Part shown: positions 27,450 to 36,644 of the stretch, one piece after another | How the letters are laid out: each line of letters begins with the position of its first letter | Numbering within the stretch: the stretch's first letter is position 1 | Source: an uncultured bacterium | Lineage (GTDB): Bacteria; Armatimonadota; Hebobacteria; Hebobacterales; Hebobacteraceae | DNA length: 64,000 nt | Reading direction: 5' to 3' | Assembly: GCA_964559435.1 (NCBI GenBank) | Contig: CAZLHI010000004.1 | Span: forward strand, 23,408-87,407 | Translations under genes and position numbers: made by a program | Notes under the pieces: model-generated | The model's database searches: none | Told to the model about the DNA's origin: nothing | The model's input: only the letters and a program-made list of their open reading frames with translations

Positions 27450-28628
27450 TCAATGGCGGCTTGGCGCTCGCGCCTCTCCCCGGCGCATCGCCCGGGGGTC
27501 GGCAGCCTGGAATATCGGGAAGAGTATTCGAATGCGATCCACCTCGTCAAGGGCGTTGTCGGCCCACGCGGGCAGAGGAGCACCGAGGTCTGACGACAGC
27601 CGCAAGCAAGGCATGGGCCGCCATCCGTCACCTGTGTCCACTTCCACGAGAAAGCGCTCCAGGAGCCGAGTCCGCCATTCAGTGGCATAGAGATCATCGG
27701 CAAGATAGTCGGGGCGGATGTGCTGATAGAACAGCGGCGCCAAGGTTCCCCAGAGGAACGACTCGTCTTCAATCGGTCCCACTATCATCCACTGGGCCTT
27801 CGTCCACGCGGGGTGCATCTCAGGGCTCATGGCGTGGCCGACAGGGATCATCTGGAAGGCGCCGAGGGCCCGCACCGGTGAGGTCGATACGTCCACCACC
27901 CCCGCGTGGCCCGCCCGGACCCGGCCGATCCCGGCATAGAGCGAACCCGCAAAGCGGCCGATCCCCCGCACCGGACGGATGACCCATCCGACCGGCCGCT
28001 TCGATCCGTCTGGGTAGCAGAGAGTCAGTGCGCCGCCCTCCGTGTTCTCGATCTCGGCGGCAATCGGGTAGGGCGTAGGGAGAGTTACAAGGATGCTGAG
28101 GACGTCACCGCGTTGAGGCACGTAGCCCTCAGTTAAGGGCACCCGCTCCGACTGATCTGTCTCACACCAGACCAGGTTGCCTACGAAGGGCGCGAGGCCG
28201 CCGCCGAAGATTCCCCGGCCAGCGGGAATGTCGGTGTAGATGGAGGAGTCAGGGCTCAGGAACGAGTTGTACCTTTCCGGCGGAGCCAGGAAGTCCCGGG
28301 GCAGGATCGAGAAGATAATGCCTCTATCCTCTTCCTCGCTCACTCCCAGGCCGATGTGTACGGCATTCACAGCCGTAGCGGCGACGCGGCCGGGTGCCAC
28401 CCATTTGCTGGCCGTATAGCCCCGGTTGCTGACCCTGGTCGTGTAGCGGAGCACGCTGCCGACATCGTGCCAGGTCTGGCCGCCGTCATAGCTGGCCGCG
28501 ATGGGTCCGCCGACATCGTTGACGATGCGCAGCCTCACCAGTTCCCGCGCGGGCGCCCGGCCGACACAATGGACCTGAAGCGGGACGAGCCATAGTACCA
28601 GCGCGCAGACAGCGGCCGCGGTGGCCAT
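27450..28628 (-). CDS. Secreted hypothetical protein (signal peptide, 392 aa), in an operon with the downstream sugar-phosphate isomerase.
   Basis: N-terminal signal peptide MATAAAVCALVLWLVPLQVHCVG. The ORF has good GC3 codon usage, and only a 22-nt gap separates it from the next gene. No family recognised. Confidence 0.6.
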   Translation of the reverse strand: MATAAAVCALVLWLVPLQVHCVGRAPARELVRLRIVNDVGGPIAASYDGGQTWHDVGSVLRYTTRVSNRGYTASKWVAPGRVAATAVNAVHIGLGVSEEEDRGIIFSILPRDFLAPPERYNSFLSPDSSIYTDIPAGRGIFGGGLAPFVGNLVWCETDQSERVPLTEGYVPQRGDVLSILVTLPTPYPIAAEIENTEGGALTLCYPDGSKRPVGWVIRPVRGIGRFAGSLYAGIGRVRAGHAGVVDVSTSPVRALGAFQMIPVGHAMSPEMHPAWTKAQWMIVGPIEDESFLWGTLAPLFYQHIRPDYLADDLYATEWRTRLLERFLVEVDTGDGWRPMPCLRLSSDLGAPLPAWADNALDEVDRIRILFPIFQAADPRAMRRGEARAPSRH

Positions 28629-28983
28629 CGCTGTACTCCGAAGCCTGATGAGATACGCTGCTCAAGGAACTGCAAGCTCTCGGATTCTATCAGAATGGGG
28701 AGGGATACGCCAGCCGGTAATCACGCGCCGCGCCGGAGCGACGCGGCCCGGCCTGTGGCTGCCTGTCGGAACAAGCTGACGATAGGGGAGAGGAGTTTCA
28801 GGGCTCCGTCGACAGGTCCGGTAGCGGAGTGCCCCTCAATTCCTTCCTTCGCTCCTCTCCCCGACTCGCCATGAGGGCACCGCCCTCTGAGGGATTGAGC
28901 AGGTATTAGACGCGGTTAAGCCGTGAATAGTTCTCGGAGGGCCACGGCTTCTTCGCGAGTGGCAAGCTGGGACCCGGAGGCGA

Positions 28984-30093
28984 TCAGCGGTCGGGCAGAA
29001 GGCTGACTGCCAGCTCAACGTTCCGCAAAGCGGCTGCCCGGAGGTGAGACAGGCGCTCCGCCAGCAGCGTCGAGACCTCGGAACGGGCCTCCCAAGTCTC
29101 CTCGATCGCGGCCTCGAGGCGCTCTGGGTCGAACTCCTCCACCGCGGCGGCCGGTTCCAGGTCGAGCTGGTCCAGCAATCCGTCAACCTTCGGATCGTAG
29201 GAGATGGCCACCAGCGGCACTGCGGCGAGCGCGCTGAAGACAAGCGAATGGAGGCGCATGCCAACCAGAAGGTCGCAGCCGGCCACCAGTGCCAGCATGT
29301 CACGTGTGCTCAGCTTGGCCTGGACGACGTGAGACTGACACGCCATGGCCCCGGCCGCTCGTCTGGCGATCTGCGCGTCCTGCCCGGGATGCAGCGCCAC
29401 GAGCACAGGTCGCAGCCCAACCCGCCGACAGGCCCTTCCGATGGCCTCGCCAAGCTCCGCGGCCGTCGCCGCGCTGTCGGCCCGCCCCGGCGCTCGCCGC
29501 AGCGACACGATTGCGGCCGGATGACCGCGGTCGGACAGGCCAGCCTTCTTGCGGGCGACTGTGATCTCTTCAGAAGTCGGCGGTGGCATGAGAAAGGCCA
29601 AGTCCGCGGTCACCTCCGCTCCGCGCGCGACCGCGAGATTGCGCAGCTCATCGAGGGAGAGCCGATCACGGAGGGCGAACACATCCACTCCTCTGAGAAC
29701 GCGCCGGACGGCCCATCGAATGGCCCCTCGCCGCAGAGGGCCGACGCTCTGGCCGACGAAAGCAACGGGACGCCCGGCGACGTGCGCAAGATACATCACT
29801 GCCAGGTAGTACAGCGGCGACCGCCAGCTGGTGACATCCTGAAGCAGGCCGCCGCCTCCGCTGACCACCAGGTCGCTGGCCCTCGCCTCTCGCCGGGCGA
29901 TCCGCAAATCCCGAGGGACTGCGATGACCCCGTGCTCGGCCGCGGTGGCCGCGGGATTCCCCGACATCACGATCAGCTCAGCGCGAGGGGCGAGCTCCTG
30001 AAATCCTGAAATCAGGCCGGCGAGGATCGCTTCATCACCTATGTTGCCGAACCCGTAGTAGCCCGATATCAGGACGCGGGCGCGCCGACTCAT
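28984..30093 (-). CDS. csaB: Polysaccharide pyruvyl transferase CsaB, which adds the pyruvate ketal to secondary cell wall polymer (SCWP) for SLH-domain anchoring.
   Basis: The start was chosen at MSRRARVLISGYYGFGNIGDEAIL (ATG 30093). The GxYGxxNxGDEA N-terminus and the later ...LVGMRLHSLVFSA... block are characteristic of the PS_pyruv_trans/CsaB family. The track ORF is over-extended to 30282. Confidence 0.85.
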   Translation of the reverse strand: MSRRARVLISGYYGFGNIGDEAILAGLISGFQELAPRAELIVMSGNPAATAAEHGVIAVPRDLRIARREARASDLVVSGGGGLLQDVTSWRSPLYYLAVMYLAHVAGRPVAFVGQSVGPLRRGAIRWAVRRVLRGVDVFALRDRLSLDELRNLAVARGAEVTADLAFLMPPPTSEEITVARKKAGLSDRGHPAAIVSLRRAPGRADSAATAAELGEAIGRACRRVGLRPVLVALHPGQDAQIARRAAGAMACQSHVVQAKLSTRDMLALVAGCDLLVGMRLHSLVFSALAAVPLVAISYDPKVDGLLDQLDLEPAAAVEEFDPERLEAAIEETWEARSEVSTLLAERLSHLRAAALRNVELAVSLLPDR

Positions 30094-32000
30094 GATGAGA
30101 GGGACCGACGGTCGGCGACGGCCGACCAAATGAGGAGGAGGATAACTCCGAGCACGACCCCCAGCCATAGGCCATTCAGGGCTCGGAGAATCGACACGTA
30201 CAAGGGCGTATGAAAGTGACAGAATGTGTTGAGCAACGACACCTGCCCCAAGCTGGCAATAGCACCTACCAGTGGCAGCCATGCGCGGCGGCCTCGTACC
30301 GCCAGCACGACGCTCAGCATAAGGGCAGGATGTCCGAGGAGAAACTCCTTAGTGCGCGGCCGCACGGCCAAGGCAGATTCCAGCAACTCCCGCGCCTTGA
30401 CCTCCAATAGCGATGGCAAGACGAGAGGTTGGTTGCCACTTCGCGTGACCACGAACCCGACCGCTGCCAGGACTATGACGACTGCCGCCACCTGCGAGAC
30501 GCTGACCGGCTGACGAAGGAACTGAGCCACGTGCACCCGCGTCCGCACCCACCAGCTCGACATCGGCTCGATGCCGCCGGAGACATTCGCGATGACGGCG
30601 GCCACCGTGAGGACGATCGGTGCCAGCAGCGATAACTTGACACCGGTGAAGAGCGCAATGCCAGACAGATAGCCGACGCGCGAGTACATGCCGACGATCA
30701 GCATCGCGCCGGCGAGCGAGATGGCAGATGCCGCCACGAGTCGATAGGCGGCCGCGCCCAGAAGAAACATCCGGCCGGCCCGCGGCCGCACGCCAGGCAC
30801 GCCCTGCACTGCCCAGACGGCGGCCAGCGTCGGGAAGGCTACGGCCGCCACCAATCCGCCGAGTGGAGTGAGCAGGGGCAAAGCAAGCAGAGATATTGCG
30901 CCGCCGATCGCCAGCAGGACGAGCAACACGCCCCACGACCAGGGGGCGCTCACCGGGACCAGTCGTCGCAGTAGCAGTATTGCACCGGCGACGATGCCGA
31001 GCGCGACAACCGCGCGCGGCCACCTGGGCGGCCACCCCCGGGGGGCTGAGAACGGCCTCCCGCTGCCCAGATGGAATCCGTCGGCACGGAGCGCACTGGC
31101 GATGGCCTTCACGTATTCGGTATTGCGTGCAGCGGGTTCCGGAATGGCCCGGGTGATCAGACGCACGTAGAGCGCACGGATGTTGCGCTCTTGCGCGGCG
31201 CGGGCGTATCGAGGCACGCCCACAGCCGGAGTCATTGTGAGCATGTCTGATTCGCTGGTGCTGTGCACGCGGACCACTCGATCGAAGAGCCTCCCCGCGA
31301 GGGCGCCATCGCCCCGTTGGCCGGCCATCTCCACACGCCCGAACAGGAGATCGTTCTCCCGCATTGCCTGTGCTGTGATGTCGATGAGGCCGTCGTATCC
31401 AAGGATCTCTTCTTTGTCGAAGATGATCAGACGCGCGCCGGCCCCTACCGCGTCAGCGACGGCCGCCTCGACTGCGGCCGCGGTGGCGCCGGGCCAGTTC
31501 CTGAGACGCGCCACCACATCCAGCCCCACCGCCTCGGCGGCCGCGACGTGCTCCACGGGCAGCAGAGCGGGCACCTCCGCGAGATCGCCTCCGGGCATCC
31601 GAACGGCTACCACCGGTGGCGGAGCCGCCATCTGGATCTCAGTCTGCGGCAGCCGGGCCCTCAGAGCTGTCACAAGCAGGACGGCGAGCGAGCCGTCAGG
31701 GGTAATCAGACTCGTCTCACCCCGCAGCGACATCGCCATGATGCGGCCTTCTGCAACGAGGTCGCCAACTGTCCGCTCTCTGACTGCCAGCGCGGAGGCA
31801 CCCGCGTCTCTCAGGCCTACCAAGAACTCGGGCAATGTCTTGCCCGAGGCGCTCGCCACAAGGCACGCGTCATCGACATCGATGATGATCTCCACAGTGC
31901 GATTGGTCCCCTCGATCCGCGCCCTCCCCATTGCGAGGAACACGGCGGCGGCCAAAGCCAGCACGACAAGGAGGATCAAGATCTTGTCCGTACGATCCAT
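30090..32000 (-). CDS. Large membrane protein with an N-terminal extracytoplasmic domain and a C-terminal polytopic region; DUF5693-like (csaB-associated).
   Basis: The start was chosen at MDRTDKILILLVVLALAAAVFLAM (ATG 32000); the track start at 32120 is a TTG. Its TGA stop overlaps the csaB ATG (ATGA). The DUF5693 assignment and its frequent adjacency to csaB are from memory. Confidence 0.65.
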   Translation of the reverse strand: MDRTDKILILLVVLALAAAVFLAMGRARIEGTNRTVEIIIDVDDACLVASASGKTLPEFLVGLRDAGASALAVRERTVGDLVAEGRIMAMSLRGETSLITPDGSLAVLLVTALRARLPQTEIQMAAPPPVVAVRMPGGDLAEVPALLPVEHVAAAEAVGLDVVARLRNWPGATAAAVEAAVADAVGAGARLIIFDKEEILGYDGLIDITAQAMRENDLLFGRVEMAGQRGDGALAGRLFDRVVRVHSTSESDMLTMTPAVGVPRYARAAQERNIRALYVRLITRAIPEPAARNTEYVKAIASALRADGFHLGSGRPFSAPRGWPPRWPRAVVALGIVAGAILLLRRLVPVSAPWSWGVLLVLLAIGGAISLLALPLLTPLGGLVAAVAFPTLAAVWAVQGVPGVRPRAGRMFLLGAAAYRLVAASAISLAGAMLIVGMYSRVGYLSGIALFTGVKLSLLAPIVLTVAAVIANVSGGIEPMSSWWVRTRVHVAQFLRQPVSVSQVAAVVIVLAAVGFVVTRSGNQPLVLPSLLEVKARELLESALAVRPRTKEFLLGHPALMLSVVLAVRGRRAWLPLVGAIASLGQVSLLNTFCHFHTPLYVSILRALNGLWLGVVLGVILLLIWSAVADRRSLSS

Positions 32001-32119
32001 TGAGGCCCTCTGCCCGCGCCTGCCTGTGCGCCGCATTGTAGCACGGCAAGGAGGGAGCCGCAAACACAGGGGCGAGGTAGGCCGCCCGATTCCGGCGAAA
32101 CCGGCTGTGAGGATGGTCA

Positions 32120-33106
32120 ATGTCGGGACTCGTCCTGGGAATGGACGGCGGCCAGACTTCGACGACCGCCGCGGTGTGCGAGCTCAGCGGGAGGCTTCTG
32201 GGCGTTGGACGCGCGGGGCCGGCCAACCACGTGTGGGAGCCCTGGGGTGTCCGGCGCGCCAGGCGCGCGGTCAAGGGCGGCGCGGCCGAAGCGCTGAAAG
32301 CCGCCCGACTGCCTAGGCACACCATCTTGGATGCAGCGTTCCTCGGAATCACAGGGGCAAAGGCCGACCGCCGGACCGAGCGGGCGGTCAGGAACTGCGT
32401 CAGAGCAAAGCGCCTGCGGATCGCCAACGATGACGTCAACGCCCTTGCCTCGGTCACTGCCGGCAAGCCGGGAGTCGTCGTGATCGCTGGCACCGGCACA
32501 ATTGCGTACGGAGAGAACGCGCGGGGTCGCAGCGAGAGCGCAAGTGGGTGGGGGTTCCTGCTGGGCGACGAGGGCGCGGGATTCTGGATGGCTCGGAAGG
32601 CCATCGCCGCCGCCTGTCGCGCCTACGACGGGCGGAACGACGACACCGCTTTGACCCGGATGCTCCTGGCCGAGGCCGGCGCGCGGGACTTATGGGATCT
32701 GCACTTTCTCATCTACTCGGAGAAACTCTCCCGGTCTGACATAGCAGACCTCGCGCGGGTGGTGCCGAGAGCCGCGGCTGAGGGAGATCGGGCAGCTCGG
32801 AGCATCCTCCGGCAGGCCGGAGGCGAACTCGGCCTCGCCGGGGCGACCGTTGCGCGCCGGCTGGGCATGCACCGCGGCCGAGCGACGGTCGGCATGGTCG
32901 GGGGCGTCTTTCTCGGATCGAGCGGGGTGCGCCAGAGCTTCCGGCGCGAGGTCAGGAAGCATGTGCCCCAGGCCCATTTCGCGCCGGCCCGCTTTGCACC
33001 GGTTATCGGCTCCGTCGTCCTGGCACTGAAGATGGCCGGGGTGCCGCTGAAACAAACCGTTCTGGCCAATCTGGACACGGCCTCGGCCGAGATTGGCAGC
33101 AAGTAG
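32120..33106 (+). CDS. BadF/BadG/BcrA/BcrD-type ATPase, N-acetylglucosamine (or N-acetylmannosamine) kinase-like (ASKHA superfamily).
   Basis: N-terminus LVLGMDGGQTSTTAAV. Later blocks VVIAGTGTIAYG and GWGFLLGDEGAGFWMARKA are typical of the eukaryotic-type GlcNAc kinase/BadF family. RBS GAGGATGG is present. Confidence 0.75.
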   Translation: MSGLVLGMDGGQTSTTAAVCELSGRLLGVGRAGPANHVWEPWGVRRARRAVKGGAAEALKAARLPRHTILDAAFLGITGAKADRRTERAVRNCVRAKRLRIANDDVNALASVTAGKPGVVVIAGTGTIAYGENARGRSESASGWGFLLGDEGAGFWMARKAIAAACRAYDGRNDDTALTRMLLAEAGARDLWDLHFLIYSEKLSRSDIADLARVVPRAAAEGDRAARSILRQAGGELGLAGATVARRLGMHRGRATVGMVGGVFLGSSGVRQSFRREVRKHVPQAHFAPARFAPVIGSVVLALKMAGVPLKQTVLANLDTASAEIGSK

Positions 33107-33139
33107 GCTGCCACCGGGCCGCGCGGAGGAGCGATAGTG

Positions 33140-33823
33140 ATGAGCGGATCGATCATCGAGAAGCTCAAAGGCGGGCTCGTCGTCTCCTGCCAGGCCGAGG
33201 AGGGCAGCCCCTTCTTCCGGCCTGAGTCGATGGCGCGCTTTGCCAAAGCCGCGGAGATGGGGGGCTCGGTGGGCATTCGCGCCAAGGAGCCGGATATTCG
33301 AGCCATCAAGGAGATGTGCACGCTGCCGATCATCGGAATAGACAAGGTCTACCTCGACGGCTTCGAGGTCTACATCACCCCACGCTTCGAAGATGCGCAA
33401 CGCATCGCCCAGGCCGGTGCTGACATCATCGCCCTCGACTGCACGCCCCGGCCGCGGCCGGGTGGAATGAATATGGAGGAACTGGTGCAGCGCATCAAGT
33501 CAGACCTAAGGCTCCCCGTCATGGCTGACATCGCCACCTTGGAAGAGGCGATTGCGGCGGAGAAGGCCGGCGCCGACATCCTGGCCACAACGTTGAGCGG
33601 ATACACAGCCTACAGCCCAAGGCGAGAAGCACCTGACTTCGCTCTCCTTGAGACCGTCATACGCTCGGTGAAGGTTCCAGTAATCGCCGAGGGACACGTC
33701 CAGACGCCGGAGGATGCGCGGGCGTGCTTCGCTCTAGGGGCTTGGGCGATCGTGATCGGGACCGCCATCACGCGGCCGGTTGAGCTGACGCAGCGGTTCG
33801 CGCGGGCGATTGGCTCGTCGTAG
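33140..33823 (+). CDS. nanE: N-acetylmannosamine-6-phosphate 2-epimerase.
   Basis: It aligns throughout with E. coli NanE: GGLVVSCQA, ...LPIIGI.K, ...AQAGADIIALDCT.RPRP, ...ILATTLSGYT, ...VPVIAEGH..TPEDA......GAWAIVIGTAITRP. RBS GGAGGA lies 9 nt before the ATG at 33140. Confidence 0.85.
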   Translation: MSGSIIEKLKGGLVVSCQAEEGSPFFRPESMARFAKAAEMGGSVGIRAKEPDIRAIKEMCTLPIIGIDKVYLDGFEVYITPRFEDAQRIAQAGADIIALDCTPRPRPGGMNMEELVQRIKSDLRLPVMADIATLEEAIAAEKAGADILATTLSGYTAYSPRREAPDFALLETVIRSVKVPVIAEGHVQTPEDARACFALGAWAIVIGTAITRPVELTQRFARAIGSS

Positions 33824-33843
33824 GGCCCACTGCGAGGACGCCG

Positions 33844-35064
33844 ATGTTCACCGGCCGCGAGTTCGAAGACATACGCAGGGCCCTCGACGCCATTCCCATC
33901 GTCGACACCCATGAGCACTACGGTCCGGCCTGGAACGCACCCGGCACGACGCTGTACACCTTGTTTCGCGAGTCTTACGTCGAGTGGGTTGCCCACGACG
34001 ATGAGCTAGAGGAGAGCCCTGAGTCGCTGCGAGCGTGGCTCCAGCCGTGCTGGAGCAATTCCTACACCGTCTCCCTGATGCGCGGGCTCCGCGGCCTCTA
34101 CGACATAGAGCAGCGAGAGCTAAGCGACCTCCCTTTCGCCGATCTGGCCGAGAGGGTGCAGGCCGCCTACCAGGACCCCGGCTGGGCACTGAGCGTGCTC
34201 CGCAGGGCAGGCATCCAGCAGACCATCGTCGATCCGCTTCCGACCCGTGGTTACCTCCACGATGAGCCGAGCTTCCACCTGGCTCTGCGCTCTCACATGC
34301 TCGTCCATGGGTACGACCGAACGGCAGAAGATCACGACGGATGTAATCCTTTCGCCTTCGCCGCGAAGCTCGGCAGCCGCATATCCAGCTTCGACGACTA
34401 TCTTGGATTCGTGGATGCGTGGGTGAGAGAGCACAAGGAGAAGGGTGCGGTCGCCATCAAGTCCGCGCTGGCCTACGAGCGCGACATCGAGGTGAAGCCG
34501 GTTACACACAGGGAGGCCGCCCGCATCTTCGACACGGCGACCAAAGACCCCGAGCAACAGAAGCAGTTCGGCGACTTCATTCTGAACCTACTGGCCCAGA
34601 AGGCGGCGGAGTACGATCTGGTCTTCCAAGTCCACGCGGGACTGGCCCTCCAGGCCACCTCCCACCCATGGCGTCTCATGTGGCTGCTGGACAACAACCC
34701 CGGCACGACCTTGGACCTCTTCCACGCCGGCTACCCCTGGCTCGACGACGTGCTGGCGATGGCATCTGAGAGGTCGAACCTGATCGTGGATACGTGCTGG
34801 CTCCCGATCATATCGCCGGCCGCAGCCGTCCGCTTCTACACTGAGTACCCGGAAGTCGCCTACCGAGCCGATACGCTGCTGTGGGGCGGCGACAACTGGC
34901 ATTCCGAGGAGACCTACGGCGCTGCCATGACCTTCAGGGATTGCCTCGCCAAGGCTGTGGCTGAGAAAGTCGAGGGCGGCTACTGGACGCGGCGAGAGGG
35001 GCTCCGCTTTGCGGAGGGTGTCATGTGGCGAGCCGCGCAGAGGTGGTTCGACATGGATCTGTGA
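33844..35064 (+). CDS. Amidohydrolase-family (metal-dependent TIM-barrel hydrolase, Amidohydro_2-like) protein.
   Basis: N-terminal IVDTHEH metal-binding motif and a C-terminal ...HAGYPW...D motif. 406 aa. Confidence 0.7.
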   Translation: MFTGREFEDIRRALDAIPIVDTHEHYGPAWNAPGTTLYTLFRESYVEWVAHDDELEESPESLRAWLQPCWSNSYTVSLMRGLRGLYDIEQRELSDLPFADLAERVQAAYQDPGWALSVLRRAGIQQTIVDPLPTRGYLHDEPSFHLALRSHMLVHGYDRTAEDHDGCNPFAFAAKLGSRISSFDDYLGFVDAWVREHKEKGAVAIKSALAYERDIEVKPVTHREAARIFDTATKDPEQQKQFGDFILNLLAQKAAEYDLVFQVHAGLALQATSHPWRLMWLLDNNPGTTLDLFHAGYPWLDDVLAMASERSNLIVDTCWLPIISPAAAVRFYTEYPEVAYRADTLLWGGDNWHSEETYGAAMTFRDCLAKAVAEKVEGGYWTRREGLRFAEGVMWRAAQRWFDMDL

Positions 35065-35076
35065 AGAGCACGGATG

Positions 35077-36429
35077 CTACACCGCGCTGGGCTCGCGGGT
35101 GCCAACATCTGTCGCCGTCACACGCACGATGAGGAGAGTCATGTCGTCCCGCCGGCGGCTCTCCTTCCCATAGTCGATCACATAGTCGAAGATGCCCTTG
35201 GCCATCGCATCCGGGCTCGGAGCACCCGCGTGAGTTTGAATCTGCTCCAACAACCCCTCGCGCCCCAGCGGCTGGTCCTGACTGTCGGATAGTTCCGTCA
35301 TACCGTCGGTGAAAAGCACCAGGGTTGTTCCTGTGTCAATGCTGGACGTAACCTGTTCATACGTGGTCTCGGGAAGCACTCCGAGCACGATGCCGTGGCA
35401 CTTCAGCGACAGCAGCTCTTCGCCCGGCTTGGGAATCAGCACCGCGGGTTCCATGCCGGCGTTCGCGCCGGCGAGCGTGCCCTCGTCGAGATCGAGCACG
35501 GTATAGCACATACTTATGAAGACCTCGGGCTCATCCCTCTCCTGCATCTCGGCTGCGACCTCGCGGTTGATCTGTGTGAGAACTCCGGCCGGCGAGTCCT
35601 CCTGACGCGCGGCGAGCCGCAACGCCGATTTGAACAGCGGCAGGTAGACCAGCCCTAGCTCTTCCTTTGCACGTACGTCCGCCACCAGGATCCCCCACCT
35701 TCGTCCGCCGAGCGGGATGACATCGTAGTAGTCGCCCGAGACGGCCTGAGCGGCAGGCCGAAAGCGAAAAGCAACGGCCAGCCCGGGGGTGTCCGGAATC
35801 CGTCTTGGACGCAGCATCTCGTCTACGTGCTGGGCGACCCTGATCCGCTCCCAGTGCTGCTGCAAGGCAGCGCGGCTGAGCACGAGTTCCTGGCGCTCAC
35901 GTTCCTGTACCTCCGTGGCTATACTCACTACCCCCGCGGTCAGAAGCAGGAACAGGATCTGAAACGCAACCGTGCCGGCCGTAGTGCGTACGGCACCTGC
36001 AGGCAGGGGCGAGTAGGTTATTGCCCAGAGATATAGCGCAGATGCCAGCAAGCCCACCGCAAAGGCCCCGCCACGCCTGAACCACAGGCCGCCGACGATC
36101 ACCACAGCGAAGTACATGAGGAAGAAGCGCTCCCCGACAGGTCCGGCAAAGTATATCCATAGGCTGATGAGCATGACATCGACAGTGACGATAATAGGGC
36201 GGGGGAAGGACAGTTTCTGCATATGCAGAACGAACAGGACGAGATTGTAGAAGGCAGCAGTGATAATCGCAACGATGAGCAGATTTCCCTGTATGCCCCG
36301 CGCATGGATGAACTGGGGAGACAGAACCACTATCAGCAGAAAGATGGTTCGGAAAACCGCGACCGCTATCTCGGTGTCGCGGCGATACAGGTCGACGCGG
36401 CTTGTGGGAGGGACTGCCGAAGTTGACAT
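35077..36429 (-). CDS. Membrane-anchored PP2C-family serine/threonine phosphatase (SpoIIE/RsbU-like).
   Basis: About six N-terminal TM helices followed by PP2C/SpoIIE motifs (SGDYYDV, ...GILVADV, ...LFTDGMTE). The start was chosen at ATG 36429 (MSTSAV...). Confidence 0.75.
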   Translation of the reverse strand: MSTSAVPPTSRVDLYRRDTEIAVAVFRTIFLLIVVLSPQFIHARGIQGNLLIVAIITAAFYNLVLFVLHMQKLSFPRPIIVTVDVMLISLWIYFAGPVGERFFLMYFAVVIVGGLWFRRGGAFAVGLLASALYLWAITYSPLPAGAVRTTAGTVAFQILFLLLTAGVVSIATEVQERERQELVLSRAALQQHWERIRVAQHVDEMLRPRRIPDTPGLAVAFRFRPAAQAVSGDYYDVIPLGGRRWGILVADVRAKEELGLVYLPLFKSALRLAARQEDSPAGVLTQINREVAAEMQERDEPEVFISMCYTVLDLDEGTLAGANAGMEPAVLIPKPGEELLSLKCHGIVLGVLPETTYEQVTSSIDTGTTLVLFTDGMTELSDSQDQPLGREGLLEQIQTHAGAPSPDAMAKGIFDYVIDYGKESRRRDDMTLLIVRVTATDVGTREPSAV

Positions 36430-36644
36430 CGTGGGCCCCCGGTGCCTGGGCGGACTTCGGCGAGGCGGGACCGGAATCCTGCCCAAGCAATGGACGCCAT
36501 GGCTAGGACGAGCGGGGCGTGGGTCTGGGAATGGACGCTCACACTGTGGTATAAGCCAGATGGAGGAGTGTGTGGGGAGGTGGCCCTTGCGTCATCCAGC
36601 GGGCGGCTGGAGGTGCAGCCCCACGCCCAGTGGGGGGTAGAGTG

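Noticed and set aside
27428-27772. N-terminal 115-aa extension of the sugar-phosphate isomerase ORF
   Set aside because: The Cys/Trp/Arg-rich extension has no RBS, overlaps the upstream gene's 3' end, and the family's conserved N-terminus begins at MKIGVITAS preceded by an RBS.
30094-30282. N-terminal 63-aa extension of csaB
   Set aside because: CsaB-family proteins begin at the ...ISGYYGFGNxGDEA block. The extension overlaps the upstream gene, and the ATGA junction gives a clean coupled start.
31180-32316. 378-aa and 246-aa plus-strand ORFs across the DUF5693-like gene
   Set aside because: Antisense artefacts with Arg/Ala/Ser/Thr-rich low-complexity content; the minus frame has a coherent TM architecture.
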